A DNA stretch of 64,000 nt from Rhizobium sp. Q54 (GCA_945875865.1 CAMCMF010000002.1:179-64178); one strand, 5' to 3'; shown: positions 25,982 to 35,603, numbered from the stretch's first letter. Numbers and translations are program-made. The notes: generated by a model from the sequence alone, not told the origin.

Positions 25982-26533
25982 TTAGAAGAAATTTGTTAGA
26001 TCTTTAAATAAAGGCAAAATTTTATCTTTGTCGGAGATAATCGGATTTTTTACTTTCCAATCAATGCCAATTTCTGCGTCATCGAAACGCACCCCTGATT
26101 CAGATTTCGCATCATATTCACAACCCGAAACATTATAAAAAACTTCCGCTTCATCTGACAAAGTTGAAAAGCCATGAGCAAAACCCTTTGGAATATAAAG
26201 CATTTGATGATTTTGTGCCGAGAGATTTATACCAAAATATTTTCCAAATGTTGGTGATGATTTTCTCAGATCAAGAGCAACATCATAAATTTCACCACGC
26301 AAACATCTGACTAATTTCGCCTGCGCACTTTTGCCGATTTGAAAATGCAAACCACGCACCACGCCTTTATTTGAAAGGGATTGGTTGGCTTGGATAAATT
26401 CATCTTCAATGCCGATTTCTTTAAAACTTGAAGCTTTGTAAGTTTCAAAAAAATAGCCGCGATCATCTTTAAAAATTTTTGGCTCGATTATTTTTAACCC
26501 TTCAAATTGGGTAGTTTTAACATTAAAATTCAT
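25982..26533 (-). CDS. rfbC: dTDP-4-dehydrorhamnose 3,5-epimerase
   Basis: 183 aa. DDRGYFFETY, RGLHFQ and PKGFAHGF cupin motifs. Confidence 0.95.
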   Translation of the reverse strand: MNFNVKTTQFEGLKIIEPKIFKDDRGYFFETYKASSFKEIGIEDEFIQANQSLSNKGVVRGLHFQIGKSAQAKLVRCLRGEIYDVALDLRKSSPTFGKYFGINLSAQNHQMLYIPKGFAHGFSTLSDEAEVFYNVSGCEYDAKSESGVRFDDAEIGIDWKVKNPIISDKDKILPLFKDLTNFF

Positions 26534-26538
26534 AAAAT

Positions 26539-27450
26539 TTATCCTCTTGAATTACCGTTTTTATCGAATGCTTCTAAGCCAATAAAAAATGAAAAAGCAC
26601 CGGCGCTAGAGCCAAGATTCAACACAAGTTTTTCGCGATTAAATGTCAAAGCACAGAACAAAGCTTTAATCAAATAGACTATCGATAATTTGAAGGCTGA
26701 ACGTTTAGCGCCAAGAATTCCTTTGCGCAATTTTTTCCAATAAAGTTTTGACCAAACTAAGTGCCAGTTCTTTTTATAAATCACTTTAAGGCTAGAGCCA
26801 GAAGATTTTCCACCGCCGCTAACATGAAAAGCCAACGCATTTGTGACTATAATATTTTTGTAACCGTTATTTCGAACTCTGGCACATATTTCGTCATCTT
26901 CATAATATAAAAAAATCTTCTCATCGAAAAATCCGATTTTTTTCATGATTGAAATTTTCATAAAAAGCGCCGCGCCGGATAAAAATCTTGCCGCAAAATT
27001 ACCGTCAATTTTTTCGTAATAATTGCCTTCAGCTTTTGTTAAATCAGATTCCGAACGAGAAATTTTTTTCTCCACTTCGTTTTTATTTGCCGGATATTCA
27101 TCCAAAATAATTGGGCCAGTCATTGCAATTGATGCATCATTTCTCATCACTGACAAAACTGTTTCGATATCCTTTTCCAATATCATGGCATCAGGGTTGA
27201 GAACTAGAGCAAAGTCCGTTGCGACCAACTTCAAAGCGGCATTATTGCCATTGCCATATCCGATATTTTTTGGTAGCGCGATTATTTCTGCTTGCGGAAA
27301 ATTTTTTCTAACAAACTCCAGAGCGTTGTCTTTGCTGGCATTATCGACTACTACAACTTTATATTTTTCAAAATTCAGCTTGTTCAAACATTCACCAATA
27401 ATATGCGCACTGTTATAAGCGAGAACGACAATTGTTAGATTAGCTGACAT
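26539..27450 (-). CDS. Family 2 glycosyltransferase (rhamnosyltransferase-like)
   Basis: TIVVLAYNSAHII...VVDNASKDN and a YYEDDEICARV (DxD-type) motif. The start is set at ATG 27450. Confidence 0.8.
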   Translation of the reverse strand: MSANLTIVVLAYNSAHIIGECLNKLNFEKYKVVVVDNASKDNALEFVRKNFPQAEIIALPKNIGYGNGNNAALKLVATDFALVLNPDAMILEKDIETVLSVMRNDASIAMTGPIILDEYPANKNEVEKKISRSESDLTKAEGNYYEKIDGNFAARFLSGAALFMKISIMKKIGFFDEKIFLYYEDDEICARVRNNGYKNIIVTNALAFHVSGGGKSSGSSLKVIYKKNWHLVWSKLYWKKLRKGILGAKRSAFKLSIVYLIKALFCALTFNREKLVLNLGSSAGAFSFFIGLEAFDKNGNSRG

Positions 27451-27612
27451 ATTTGGTTTGATTTTGTAAGTAGAGCCGGCGCGCAATTGGCATAGATTGT
27501 CACTTTATTAAAAATGAAAGTAATTTTACTTGCCAGAAGAATTAATTTCCCTCAAAAAATATGACATAACAGCGCCAATCCTGAATTTAATCAAAATTCC
27601 ACAAGCAAAAAA

Positions 27613-28368
27613 ATGAGCAAAAAAACTTCATACGACGATTTTAACTTTGCTACTTTTCAAAAAATGGCTCAGGACAAAAAGCTCAATCAATATGAAAAGA
27701 TCGGCTTTCCCACCAAATATCGCCAAGGCAAAGAAGAGATTATTTTTGCCGATATTTTACAAAAACTTCCATTACTCAAAAATGGCAAAAAACTCAATGT
27801 TCTAGATATCGGACCGGGCTGTAGCGACTTACCAAATTATACTGTCACACTTTGCAAAAAAAACGGCAATAAACTCACTTGGTGCGATTCATCCGAGATG
27901 CTCGCCAATTTACCAAATGAAAAATTTATCACCAAAATCCCCGGCCCTTTTCCAGAAACTTTTGACGCGGTAAAAAAACAAAATCCTCACGGTTTTGACG
28001 TGATAATTTGCTACAGCGTTTTTCATTATATCGCTTTCGAGCATAATATTTTTACCTTTCTCGATAAAGCGCTGCTGCTCCTCAAAGATGGCGGCCAAAT
28101 GATTATCGGCGATATTCCGAATTTTTCAAAAAGACAAAGATTCTTCGCCAGCAAAAATGGTATAAAATTTCATCAAACTTTCATGAAAACCAAAGAGCTG
28201 CCGCAAGTTGAATATAATACAATTAAGGAAAAAGTTATTGATGAGTCGATGCTCGATGCGATGATAAACCGCGCCAGATTTAGCGGCTTTGATGCCTATT
28301 TGGTGCCGCAAAATTCCGAACTTCCAATGTCGAACCGTCGCGATGATTTAATTATCCAAAAACCATGA
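27613..28368 (+). CDS. SAM-dependent methyltransferase
   Basis: Motif I VLDIGPGCSD, a post-I acidic residue, and motif II/III spacing (DVIICYSVFHY, GGQMIIGD). Confidence 0.7.
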   Translation: MSKKTSYDDFNFATFQKMAQDKKLNQYEKIGFPTKYRQGKEEIIFADILQKLPLLKNGKKLNVLDIGPGCSDLPNYTVTLCKKNGNKLTWCDSSEMLANLPNEKFITKIPGPFPETFDAVKKQNPHGFDVIICYSVFHYIAFEHNIFTFLDKALLLLKDGGQMIIGDIPNFSKRQRFFASKNGIKFHQTFMKTKELPQVEYNTIKEKVIDESMLDAMINRARFSGFDAYLVPQNSELPMSNRRDDLIIQKP

Positions 28369-29027
28369 AACAGAAACTTGTCATAATCGGCGACAGCGAT
28401 TTCGGCCAAATTGCTTACGAATATTTTACTCACGATTCAAACTATGAAGTGGTTGGATTCGCCGTTGAAGCAGATTACAAAAAACGTGATGTTCTTTTTG
28501 ATTTGCCGGTAATTGAGTTAGAAAAAATTGAAGAAATTTTTCCCGCAGCAGAATTTTTTGTTTTCACTGCCATCACTTATCTCAAGCTCAACACAGTTCG
28601 CGAACGCCTTTATCTCGATTTGAAAAAAAAGAATTATCTTTTTGCAAATTACATCAGCTCGCGCTGCTTTTTTTGGCATAATGTTGAGATCGGCGAAAAT
28701 AATTTTATTTTTGAAGATAACACGATTCAGCCTTTTGTGAAAATCGGAAATAATAATATTTTTTGGAGCGGCAATCACATCGGACATCACTCAAGCATTG
28801 AGGATAACTGTTTCATCTCCTCTCACGTCACGATTTCCGGCCACTGCAATATCGACTCTAACTGCTTTATCGGCGTCAATGCTTCAATAGCCAATAACGT
28901 TAATATCGGCAAAAAAAACTTTATTTCTCCCGGCGTCATAATTTTAAAAAGCACCGGAGATAATGAAATTTACAAAGAAAACCAAACCGAAAAATCACCG
29001 GTAAGTTCTGAGAGATTTTTGAAATAA
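28365..29027 (+). CDS. Left-handed beta-helix sugar N/O-acetyltransferase (NeuD/PglD-like)
   Basis: N-terminal Rossmann-like KLVIIGDSDFG, followed by hexapeptide repeats (IGENNFI, IGNNNIF, IEDNCFI, IDSNCFIGVNASI). Confidence 0.75.
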   Translation: MKQKLVIIGDSDFGQIAYEYFTHDSNYEVVGFAVEADYKKRDVLFDLPVIELEKIEEIFPAAEFFVFTAITYLKLNTVRERLYLDLKKKNYLFANYISSRCFFWHNVEIGENNFIFEDNTIQPFVKIGNNNIFWSGNHIGHHSSIEDNCFISSHVTISGHCNIDSNCFIGVNASIANNVNIGKKNFISPGVIILKSTGDNEIYKENQTEKSPVSSERFLK

Positions 29028-29072
29028 GATTATCTCCTTTCGACCAACTGAAAGTTTGAATTATTTGCTTAA

Positions 29073-29157
29073 AGATGGACCCCGTCATGCGACGGGGTGA
29101 CAGCTTTGATAAGTACTCACTCAATCTTGTCACCCAGTCGCATGACGGGGTCCATCT
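29073..29157. repeat. Family B palindromic repeat, copy B2
   Basis: Near-identical to B1 and in the same orientation (shared asymmetric core tactcactcaatctt). Confidence 0.9.
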
Positions 29158-29176
29158 TTTTAATTTTATCCTAATT

Positions 29177-30088
29177 ATGAAATTTATCAAAAAAGGACTG
29201 ATCTATTCTTTAGATAAAAAAAACTGGTGGATGGATAATTCCACTCTCACGCCAACACCTTTTTTACTGAATGACCAAACTATTCGCATCTATTGCGCAA
29301 TCAGGGATGTAAAAGGTTCAGCTCGTATTGGATATGTTGATGTTGATGCGCAAAATCCTTCAAAAATTCTGAAAGTTTCTGATGAGCCGGTTCTTGATAT
29401 TGGCGAAGATGGAATGTTTGACGATAATGGAGTTATTCTTGGCGATGTAATTCGCGATGGCGATGAAGTTCGTATGTATTACGTTGGTTTTCAGTTGGTA
29501 AATAAAGTGAAATTCTTGGCTTATAGCGGACTCGCAATCAGCTCCGACAACGGAGAAACTTTTCAAAGATTTTCCAAAACTCCAATCATGGATCGCGCTG
29601 ATAATGCGCTTTTCATCCGCGCCATTCACGGCACTACCAAAGCAAAAGATCATTGGCGAATTTGGTATTCCGCTAGCAGCAAATGGGAAGAAATCGATGG
29701 CCAAGTTTTTCCTTTTTACAATGTTCGCTACGCCGAATCAAAAGACGGAATTCATTTTAGCGACAATGTTGGCAGCCTTTGCCTTGATAATTCCGGCGAT
29801 GAATATCGCATTGGACGCGCCCGATTTATCAAAATAAAAAATGAAGATTTTCTTTTTTACACCTACGGCACCAAAGATAAAATCAATCACGCCGGTGTTG
29901 CAAAATCTCATGACGGGAAAAACTGGAAACGTGAGAAAAATTTTTATTTTGACCGATCTGAAAATGATTTCGATTCAAAAGATCTCGGCTATCCAGCTCC
30001 ACTAATTTACAAAAATAAAATTTACATTTTTTACACTGGAAATGGCTGCGGCGTAAGCGGATTTGGATATGCTGAGGCGGAACTTTAG
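29177..30088 (+). CDS. Five-bladed beta-propeller protein of the GH32/43/130 type (putative glycosidase/phosphorylase-like)
   Basis: 303 aa from ATG 29177. Repeated blade-like segments (IRIYCAIRD, VRMYYVGFQ, WRIWYSAS, FLFYTYG, IYIFYTG). The assignment rests on pattern only. Confidence 0.4.
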   Translation: MKFIKKGLIYSLDKKNWWMDNSTLTPTPFLLNDQTIRIYCAIRDVKGSARIGYVDVDAQNPSKILKVSDEPVLDIGEDGMFDDNGVILGDVIRDGDEVRMYYVGFQLVNKVKFLAYSGLAISSDNGETFQRFSKTPIMDRADNALFIRAIHGTTKAKDHWRIWYSASSKWEEIDGQVFPFYNVRYAESKDGIHFSDNVGSLCLDNSGDEYRIGRARFIKIKNEDFLFYTYGTKDKINHAGVAKSHDGKNWKREKNFYFDRSENDFDSKDLGYPAPLIYKNKIYIFYTGNGCGVSGFGYAEAEL

Positions 30089-30094
30089 AAAATT

Positions 30095-30901
30095 ATGAAC
30101 ATAAAAAATATTACTCACGGCGTGGCTGAAAGCGAAAATTGCGACATCCATATCGAAAATTTTCTGCGCAAAGGTTTTAGCGTTTTGAAAGGCGTACTTT
30201 CGCCAAGTGAAGTTGTTGAAGCAAAAAAACGCATTCACGATATTTACAAAATTCAATGCGATGCCGCAGGTGGCGAAGAAAATTTACGCAAATTAAATGA
30301 AGGCGGAATTGTACGCTCATTATTTGCTTATGATGAATTTTTCGTAAAAAAAATTCTCAGCAACGAGATAACAGAAAAATACACTTCACAGCTGCTTGAT
30401 GGCCCCTACACTCTTTATTCACAAGTCGGCGTGATTAGCGAACCTCACAATAAACTTTACCAAATTCGCTGGCATCGTGAAATTCAATATCAGCATTTCA
30501 CTTCTTCGCGACCAATGGCAGTACAAACGCTTTTTGTGTTGGATCATTTCAATGCTGAAACTGGCGGAACTTTTTTACTTCCCGGATCACATCTTTTTGA
30601 AAAATTTCCCTCACCGGAATTTGCCGAACGAAACCAAATTCAACCACTTCTTGAGCCAGGAGATGTGATTTTGATGAACTCAATGCTTTATCACCGCGCC
30701 GGACTAAACACTTCAAAAAATAATCGCCTACTGATTACTAATGCCTTTGTCAGACCTTTTATCGCGTCACAATTTAACTACCCAACAATGATCGAAGATT
30801 CCTCAAACCTCACTGCAAAAGAAAAGGAAATTCTGGGATTTCGTTGGAATTATTGCCAAGAAATGCAGCCGTGGAGAAATGAAAGAATTAAAAATCTCTA
30901 A
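30095..30901 (+). CDS. PhyH-family Fe(II)/2-oxoglutarate-dependent oxygenase
   Basis: WHRE (HxD/E), TGGTFLLPGSH and a distal MLYHRAG His. Length is typical of PhyH. Confidence 0.75.
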   Translation: MNIKNITHGVAESENCDIHIENFLRKGFSVLKGVLSPSEVVEAKKRIHDIYKIQCDAAGGEENLRKLNEGGIVRSLFAYDEFFVKKILSNEITEKYTSQLLDGPYTLYSQVGVISEPHNKLYQIRWHREIQYQHFTSSRPMAVQTLFVLDHFNAETGGTFLLPGSHLFEKFPSPEFAERNQIQPLLEPGDVILMNSMLYHRAGLNTSKNNRLLITNAFVRPFIASQFNYPTMIEDSSNLTAKEKEILGFRWNYCQEMQPWRNERIKNL

Positions 30902-30902
30902 T

Positions 30903-32114
30903 ATGTTCAAAAAACTCTTAAATAGAAAAAAAAGGAAATTGCTAAAAGCGCAGCGCAATGAGCCATTGCCGCATAATCGCGAAGCATTTTTTTCGATAAA
31001 TAACATCAAAGTAATTTCCACTTACACCGAATTAAAAAATTGCCAGGTTATCGCCAATACCAGATTTGTAATTTCAGAAAATGAAAAATTATTTTTCACC
31101 TCAGGAAGTTTGCCAAACTACACTTTTCAGGAAGCTTTACAAAAATGGGTTCTTTGCGAAGAAGATTTTTCCAACTGCAAATATTATGAAGATGACGGAA
31201 AAATTTCTTTTAAAATTAACAAAGCAGAAAAATTTCTTTTTGGCAACAGCCTCTACGCGTCAAACTACGAGCCCAACAACATCTACCACTTTTTCATGGA
31301 TTGCATGTTTGATGCAATTTTAGCTCATGAAAAAGGCATCAAAATCGATAATATTATTATCAGCGCCACACTGATTGAAAGATTTCGCGAGATATTAAAA
31401 ACCCTGTTTCCGCAAGCAAAAATTATCGAAGCGCAAAATGGCGAAATTGTTACGACACAAAACTTGATTTTGTTTGGTCAAAGAAATGTGCAATGGCATT
31501 GGCTGCGCGAAAACGCAGATGAAAATGAAAAACCATCCGAAGGTCGGCAATATTTTAACGAGGAATATCTGCTTAAATTGCGCGAATTTTTGCTGGTTAA
31601 TTTTGATATCAAATCGCACATAAGCCGTAAAAATTCTTCAAGCAAAAAAATTGTCTTTATCCCAAGGAAATCAAGCTTCCGCAACACATTGAATCAAAGT
31701 GCTTTAGAGCAATTTTTAAAAGAAAAATGTCGAGGAAATGAATTGCTGATTATTGATCCGCTTAAAATTTCTTTTCAGGAAATGGGAGAAATTTTATCTG
31801 ATACAGATTTGTTATTTTGTCAGGAAGGCGCTGCTCTTTTTAACATGATTTTTGCCGGCAAAAAAGAAATGCAGATTGTAACTTGGCCACTTTTTGATAA
31901 GAAAAAACAGGATTCAATTTACGAAGATATCAGCAAAATTTTAGGATATAATTTTTTAGCACTTCCCGCTTTGTGGTTAAAATCAGAAAAAACTACTGGC
32001 GAATCAGCTGCTCAACTGGCCTCTGAATCGCTCAGCGACCTTTTAGCACCAATTCATCTCATAGATAATTTTTTAACGGAATTTTTAAGCAGTGATAAGA
32101 ATAGAAAAATATAA
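30903..32114 (+). CDS. DUF563/GT61-like glycosyltransferase
   Basis: NIYHFFMDCMFD and the C-terminal block IFIPRKSSFRN...EMGEILSDTDLLFCQEGAALFNMIF are typical of the capsular DUF563 family. ATG 30903 follows the PhyH stop directly (the track start 30879 overlaps it). Confidence 0.55.
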   Translation: MFKKLLNRKKRKLLKAQRNEPLPHNREAFFSINNIKVISTYTELKNCQVIANTRFVISENEKLFFTSGSLPNYTFQEALQKWVLCEEDFSNCKYYEDDGKISFKINKAEKFLFGNSLYASNYEPNNIYHFFMDCMFDAILAHEKGIKIDNIIISATLIERFREILKTLFPQAKIIEAQNGEIVTTQNLILFGQRNVQWHWLRENADENEKPSEGRQYFNEEYLLKLREFLLVNFDIKSHISRKNSSSKKIVFIPRKSSFRNTLNQSALEQFLKEKCRGNELLIIDPLKISFQEMGEILSDTDLLFCQEGAALFNMIFAGKKEMQIVTWPLFDKKKQDSIYEDISKILGYNFLALPALWLKSEKTTGESAAQLASESLSDLLAPIHLIDNFLTEFLSSDKNRKI

Positions 32115-33027
32115 CCCACAGAAAGAGAAAATCTGGAATGAATTTATTGCCACCGCAAAAAACTCAACTTTTCTTTTCAATCGCAACTACATGGATTATC
32201 ACGCCGACAGATTTACTGATAATTCTTTGATGTTTTTTAAAGATGAAACTCTCATCGCCTTGCTTCCGGCAAACCTAAAAAATGACATCCTTTATTCCCA
32301 TCAAGGCCTTACTTATGGCGGATTTATAATTGGTTTTAAAGCGCGCAGCTCCTTGATGCTCGAACTTTTTGAGGAATTAATTAATTATCTGAAAAGCAGC
32401 CAGATCAAAAAATTTATCTATAAACCGATTCCGCAATTTTATAACGCGATTCCTTCGCAAGAAGATCTCTACGCACTTTTTAGAAATAACGCGCAACTTT
32501 TTCGCCGCGATGTAAGTTCGGTAATAAATTTGAAAGATAAAATTCAGTTCAACGAATTACGCCAACGCATGATAAAAAAGGCCACAGCGCAAAATCTTGA
32601 AGTAAAAGAAAGCAAAGATTTTGAAAGTTTTTACAAAATTTTGCAGGAAAATCTGCAAACAAAACATGCGACTTGCGCAGTTCACAGCTTGGAAGAAATC
32701 ACCAAACTTTCACAAAATTTTCCTGAAAATATTAAACTTTACTCCTGCTTCAAAGATGGCGTGATACTTGCAGCAACTTGGATTTTTATCAATCGTAGAG
32801 CCATTCATTTGCAATATATAGCCAGCAATGAAGAAGGTAGAAAAAGTGGCGCATTGGATTTGATAATTAATCATCTCATCAATGAAAAATATCAGGATAA
32901 AAACTATTTCGATTTTGGAATTTCGACCGAGGAAAATGGCAAGGTTTTAAATGAAGGCTTAGTAAACCAGAAAGAAATGTTTGGTGCGCGCGCTTACTGC
33001 TGCGACCATTATTCAATTGAGCTGTAA
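32092..33027 (+). CDS. FemAB-like / GNAT-fold acyltransferase domain protein
   Basis: 311 aa with a GTG start and a two-lobed GNAT-like layout (HQGLTYGGFI ... LQYIASNEEGRKSGALDLII). Low-resolution assignment. Confidence 0.4.
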   Translation: MIRIEKYNPQKEKIWNEFIATAKNSTFLFNRNYMDYHADRFTDNSLMFFKDETLIALLPANLKNDILYSHQGLTYGGFIIGFKARSSLMLELFEELINYLKSSQIKKFIYKPIPQFYNAIPSQEDLYALFRNNAQLFRRDVSSVINLKDKIQFNELRQRMIKKATAQNLEVKESKDFESFYKILQENLQTKHATCAVHSLEEITKLSQNFPENIKLYSCFKDGVILAATWIFINRRAIHLQYIASNEEGRKSGALDLIINHLINEKYQDKNYFDFGISTEENGKVLNEGLVNQKEMFGARAYCCDHYSIEL

Positions 33028-33028
33028 T

Positions 33029-34207
33029 CTATTCGTGAAGGAAAACTATTTTTCCGTAAGTGGAATTTGCATACATCGCATCCATCATTTTTGGCAGATC
33101 GTTAATTGAATTTACCGAGTGGATAAGTGGATTTATTTTTCCTTCAAAAACCAGCTTCGCTGCCTGCTCTGCTTCAAAATAATTGGCGAAATGGCTACCT
33201 ATAAGATGCTTCAAACTCATCCATAAATATCTCAAATCAATTGTTGCATTGAAGCCACTGCTGGCAGCGCAAGTTACAACTTTTCCACCACGTGATAATA
33301 AAAATAATGATAGACCTAAGGTTTCGCGTCCGACATGTTCAAAAACTACTTCCAATTCATTGACACCTTTTTTCTCTAAAGTTTTTTTTGCTTTTCTCCA
33401 AGCTAAATAATTCGGCTCGCCATTTGGCATAATGAAATTCTCGAAATCATCTTTTTTGCGATTGATGATTATTTTTGCACCTAGCTTACGACATTCTTCT
33501 TCTTTTTCGTCACTGGAAACAACGGCGATTGGATTAGCACCCATAAGGTTGCACAGTTGAATTGCAAAATTTCCAAGTCCGCCACTCGCGCCCCAAATTA
33601 AGCAATTTTGATTTGGTCGAAGCGCAACACCATTTTCTGAAACCAACATGCGATAAGCTGTTGAAAGTGTGAGCGAAAAACTGCCGGCAACTTCCCAGGA
33701 AACATGTGCAGGTTTACGAATTAATTGCGAGCTCTTCACTTTGGTATATTCAGCAAAAGCACCATAGTTAGTTTCATAACCCCAGATCGATTGGCTTTTA
33801 GCAAGCATGCCATCAACTTGCGCGATTGGCTCATTGGTGTCGATTACGTTACAATGAACCACAACTTCATCACCCACTTTCCAACCTTTAACATTTTTCC
33901 CAACTTCAGAAATTATTCCCGCCGCGTCCGATCCAAAAATTGCAAAATCTTGCTGCTGATCAATATCGTGCGGATTGCGAACTATATGCGAATTGATTAA
34001 TTGAAAAGGAGCCACCGGATGAGAAAGCGCACTCCAAATTGAATTATAGTTTAAGGCGCTGGCTTTAACTTTTATCAAAACTTCATCATCTTGCAAAACA
34101 GGTTTTGCGACTTCCATCTTCATCACACCATTGGATGGCTTTCTTTGCGCCAAAGGAATTTTTTGCAGATTCGCAACTAGATCTTTATTAACTCCGTAAG
34201 CCCACAT
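33029..34207 (-). CDS. Crotonyl-CoA carboxylase/reductase (Ccr) family enoyl-thioester reductase
   Basis: 392 aa, colinear with Ccr. Shared blocks: ASALNYNSIW, FGSDAAGII, VGDEVVVHC, SIWGYETNYGAFAEY, LIWGASGGLG, GANPIAVVSS, VFEHVGRET, DLRYLWMSLKHLIGSHFAN. Confidence 0.85.
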   Translation of the reverse strand: MWAYGVNKDLVANLQKIPLAQRKPSNGVMKMEVAKPVLQDDEVLIKVKASALNYNSIWSALSHPVAPFQLINSHIVRNPHDIDQQQDFAIFGSDAAGIISEVGKNVKGWKVGDEVVVHCNVIDTNEPIAQVDGMLAKSQSIWGYETNYGAFAEYTKVKSSQLIRKPAHVSWEVAGSFSLTLSTAYRMLVSENGVALRPNQNCLIWGASGGLGNFAIQLCNLMGANPIAVVSSDEKEEECRKLGAKIIINRKKDDFENFIMPNGEPNYLAWRKAKKTLEKKGVNELEVVFEHVGRETLGLSLFLLSRGGKVVTCAASSGFNATIDLRYLWMSLKHLIGSHFANYFEAEQAAKLVFEGKINPLIHSVNSINDLPKMMDAMYANSTYGKIVFLHE

Positions 34208-34224
34208 GTTTTAACCCCAAAGAT

Positions 34225-35016
34225 TTAACTTTTTAATAATGGAAAGAAATTTTCTGGAACCGGCGCATCTTCTACAACCTTAACACCCATGCGATCAAAT
34301 GGCGGAGTGGCATTGATATAATTTTTAGTCATTGAAGCACCATCAAGCAAATAGCGCACCGATAAAGCACGACGGCGATTTTGTGAAAGATGCGGATGAG
34401 ATGCGTGAATTGTACTATTAAAAAAAACCAAAGCATCACCCGGCTTCATGTCAAAACTTATAGCCTCGTAATCTTTAACGGTTTCACTATCGACGATTTC
34501 AAAACTTTCAGACTTCTGCTCAATAATATTTTTTCCGCTGATAAATGATTTTGGCATAAAAAGCTTATCGATTTTGTGCGTGCCTTTATAAAAAATTAGG
34601 CCGGAATCAGGCGGAACATGGTCTGGAGTCATCCAAACCGAAAGATTTAAATCTCCCTTAAAAATATAATAAGGACGATCGTGATGAATTGGAGTTGCAG
34701 AAGCATCGGTATCTTTTACCAAAACGTGATCATGGAAAAGCCAACATTTTTTAGAGCCGGTGAGCTGCGTAACTAAATTTACTAATTTTGGTAAACGGCA
34801 AAATTGATTGATTAAAGGCAGTCTTTTCCAGTTATTGAAATCCATGAAAAATTTTCCTTTTTTTTCCGATTCCATAACGCGGGCAAACGGACTTGGGCTT
34901 TTCATGTCAGAATCAATCGCTGCAATCAGAGCATCCAACTCATCTTTATTCAGCAAGTTTGGAATATGGACAAAGCCATTTTCAAAAAGCTGTTTTGAGT
35001 AATTTTCGATATTCAT
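34225..35016 (-). CDS. PhyH-family Fe(II)/2-oxoglutarate-dependent oxygenase
   Basis: IHHDRPYY (HxD), FYKGTHK and a distal IHASHPH His. Overlaps the GNAT gene by 4 bp. Confidence 0.75.
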   Translation of the reverse strand: MNIENYSKQLFENGFVHIPNLLNKDELDALIAAIDSDMKSPSPFARVMESEKKGKFFMDFNNWKRLPLINQFCRLPKLVNLVTQLTGSKKCWLFHDHVLVKDTDASATPIHHDRPYYIFKGDLNLSVWMTPDHVPPDSGLIFYKGTHKIDKLFMPKSFISGKNIIEQKSESFEIVDSETVKDYEAISFDMKPGDALVFFNSTIHASHPHLSQNRRRALSVRYLLDGASMTKNYINATPPFDRMGVKVVEDAPVPENFFPLLKS

Positions 35017-35603
35017 AAACCTCCTAATTTAGCGTAACTCATTTTCATGAATCTGGTAATATTCTGCTCATAGTCAGATTTTTTTACCGCGAATAAATGA
35101 TATTTTTCTCCTTCTTCGCCAACGATTTTCGCCATTTTGATAAAATCGTGAATTTTGATCATCTTGATAAATTCCTTATCAACCAACCAAGGACCACAGG
35201 TTTCGCGCTCCAGAAATTCAAAACCGATGCGATAAACCATCAACATTGCATCAATTGGAACGTTGGGAGAAGTGGTTTCTGACACTACAAAACTTTGCCA
35301 GTTAAAAACTTTCTCATCATTTAATTCGGTGATGCGCAAAATTCCGGAAAATTTTTGGGTTTTGAGATCAAGAATTTTATAATAAATTTCTTCCCTGTTT
35401 TTGAAGCGCTGTAAATATCCTTCGATATATTTTTTTTGATCTTGCGCTGTGCCGCCAGTGGCTTTTAGAAAACTATCTTTGCGATTAGTTCGTAAATCAT
35501 AAATCAATTGCGCATCATTAACATCAACATGATGAAGCTCGCAAAAAGCTCCTTTGATTGGATTAGCAGCAAAAAGTTTTTCGATTTTTTCACGATTAAC
35601 CAA
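35013..35603 (-). CDS. GNAT-family (RimL-like) N-acyltransferase
   Basis: 196 aa. L..V...DAQLIYDLRTN N-terminus, a central beta-strand block SGILRITEL, and a C-terminal FIKMAKIVGEE...YHLFAV pattern. Confidence 0.55.
   Translation of the reverse strand: MVNREKIEKLFAANPIKGAFCELHHVDVNDAQLIYDLRTNRKDSFLKATGGTAQDQKKYIEGYLQRFKNREEIYYKILDLKTQKFSGILRITELNDEKVFNWQSFVVSETTSPNVPIDAMLMVYRIGFEFLERETCGPWLVDKEFIKMIKIHDFIKMAKIVGEEGEKYHLFAVKKSDYEQNITRFMKMSYAKLGGL

Noticed and set aside
28623-28630. Homopolymeric A/T tracts (A8-A9, T8) inside glycan genes as possible phase-variation switches (also around 11141-11149, 25371 and 30927).
   Set aside because: Tracts of this length are expected by chance in such AT-rich DNA and also occur in housekeeping genes (trpG). 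No long poly-G/C or tetranucleotide repeats were seen.
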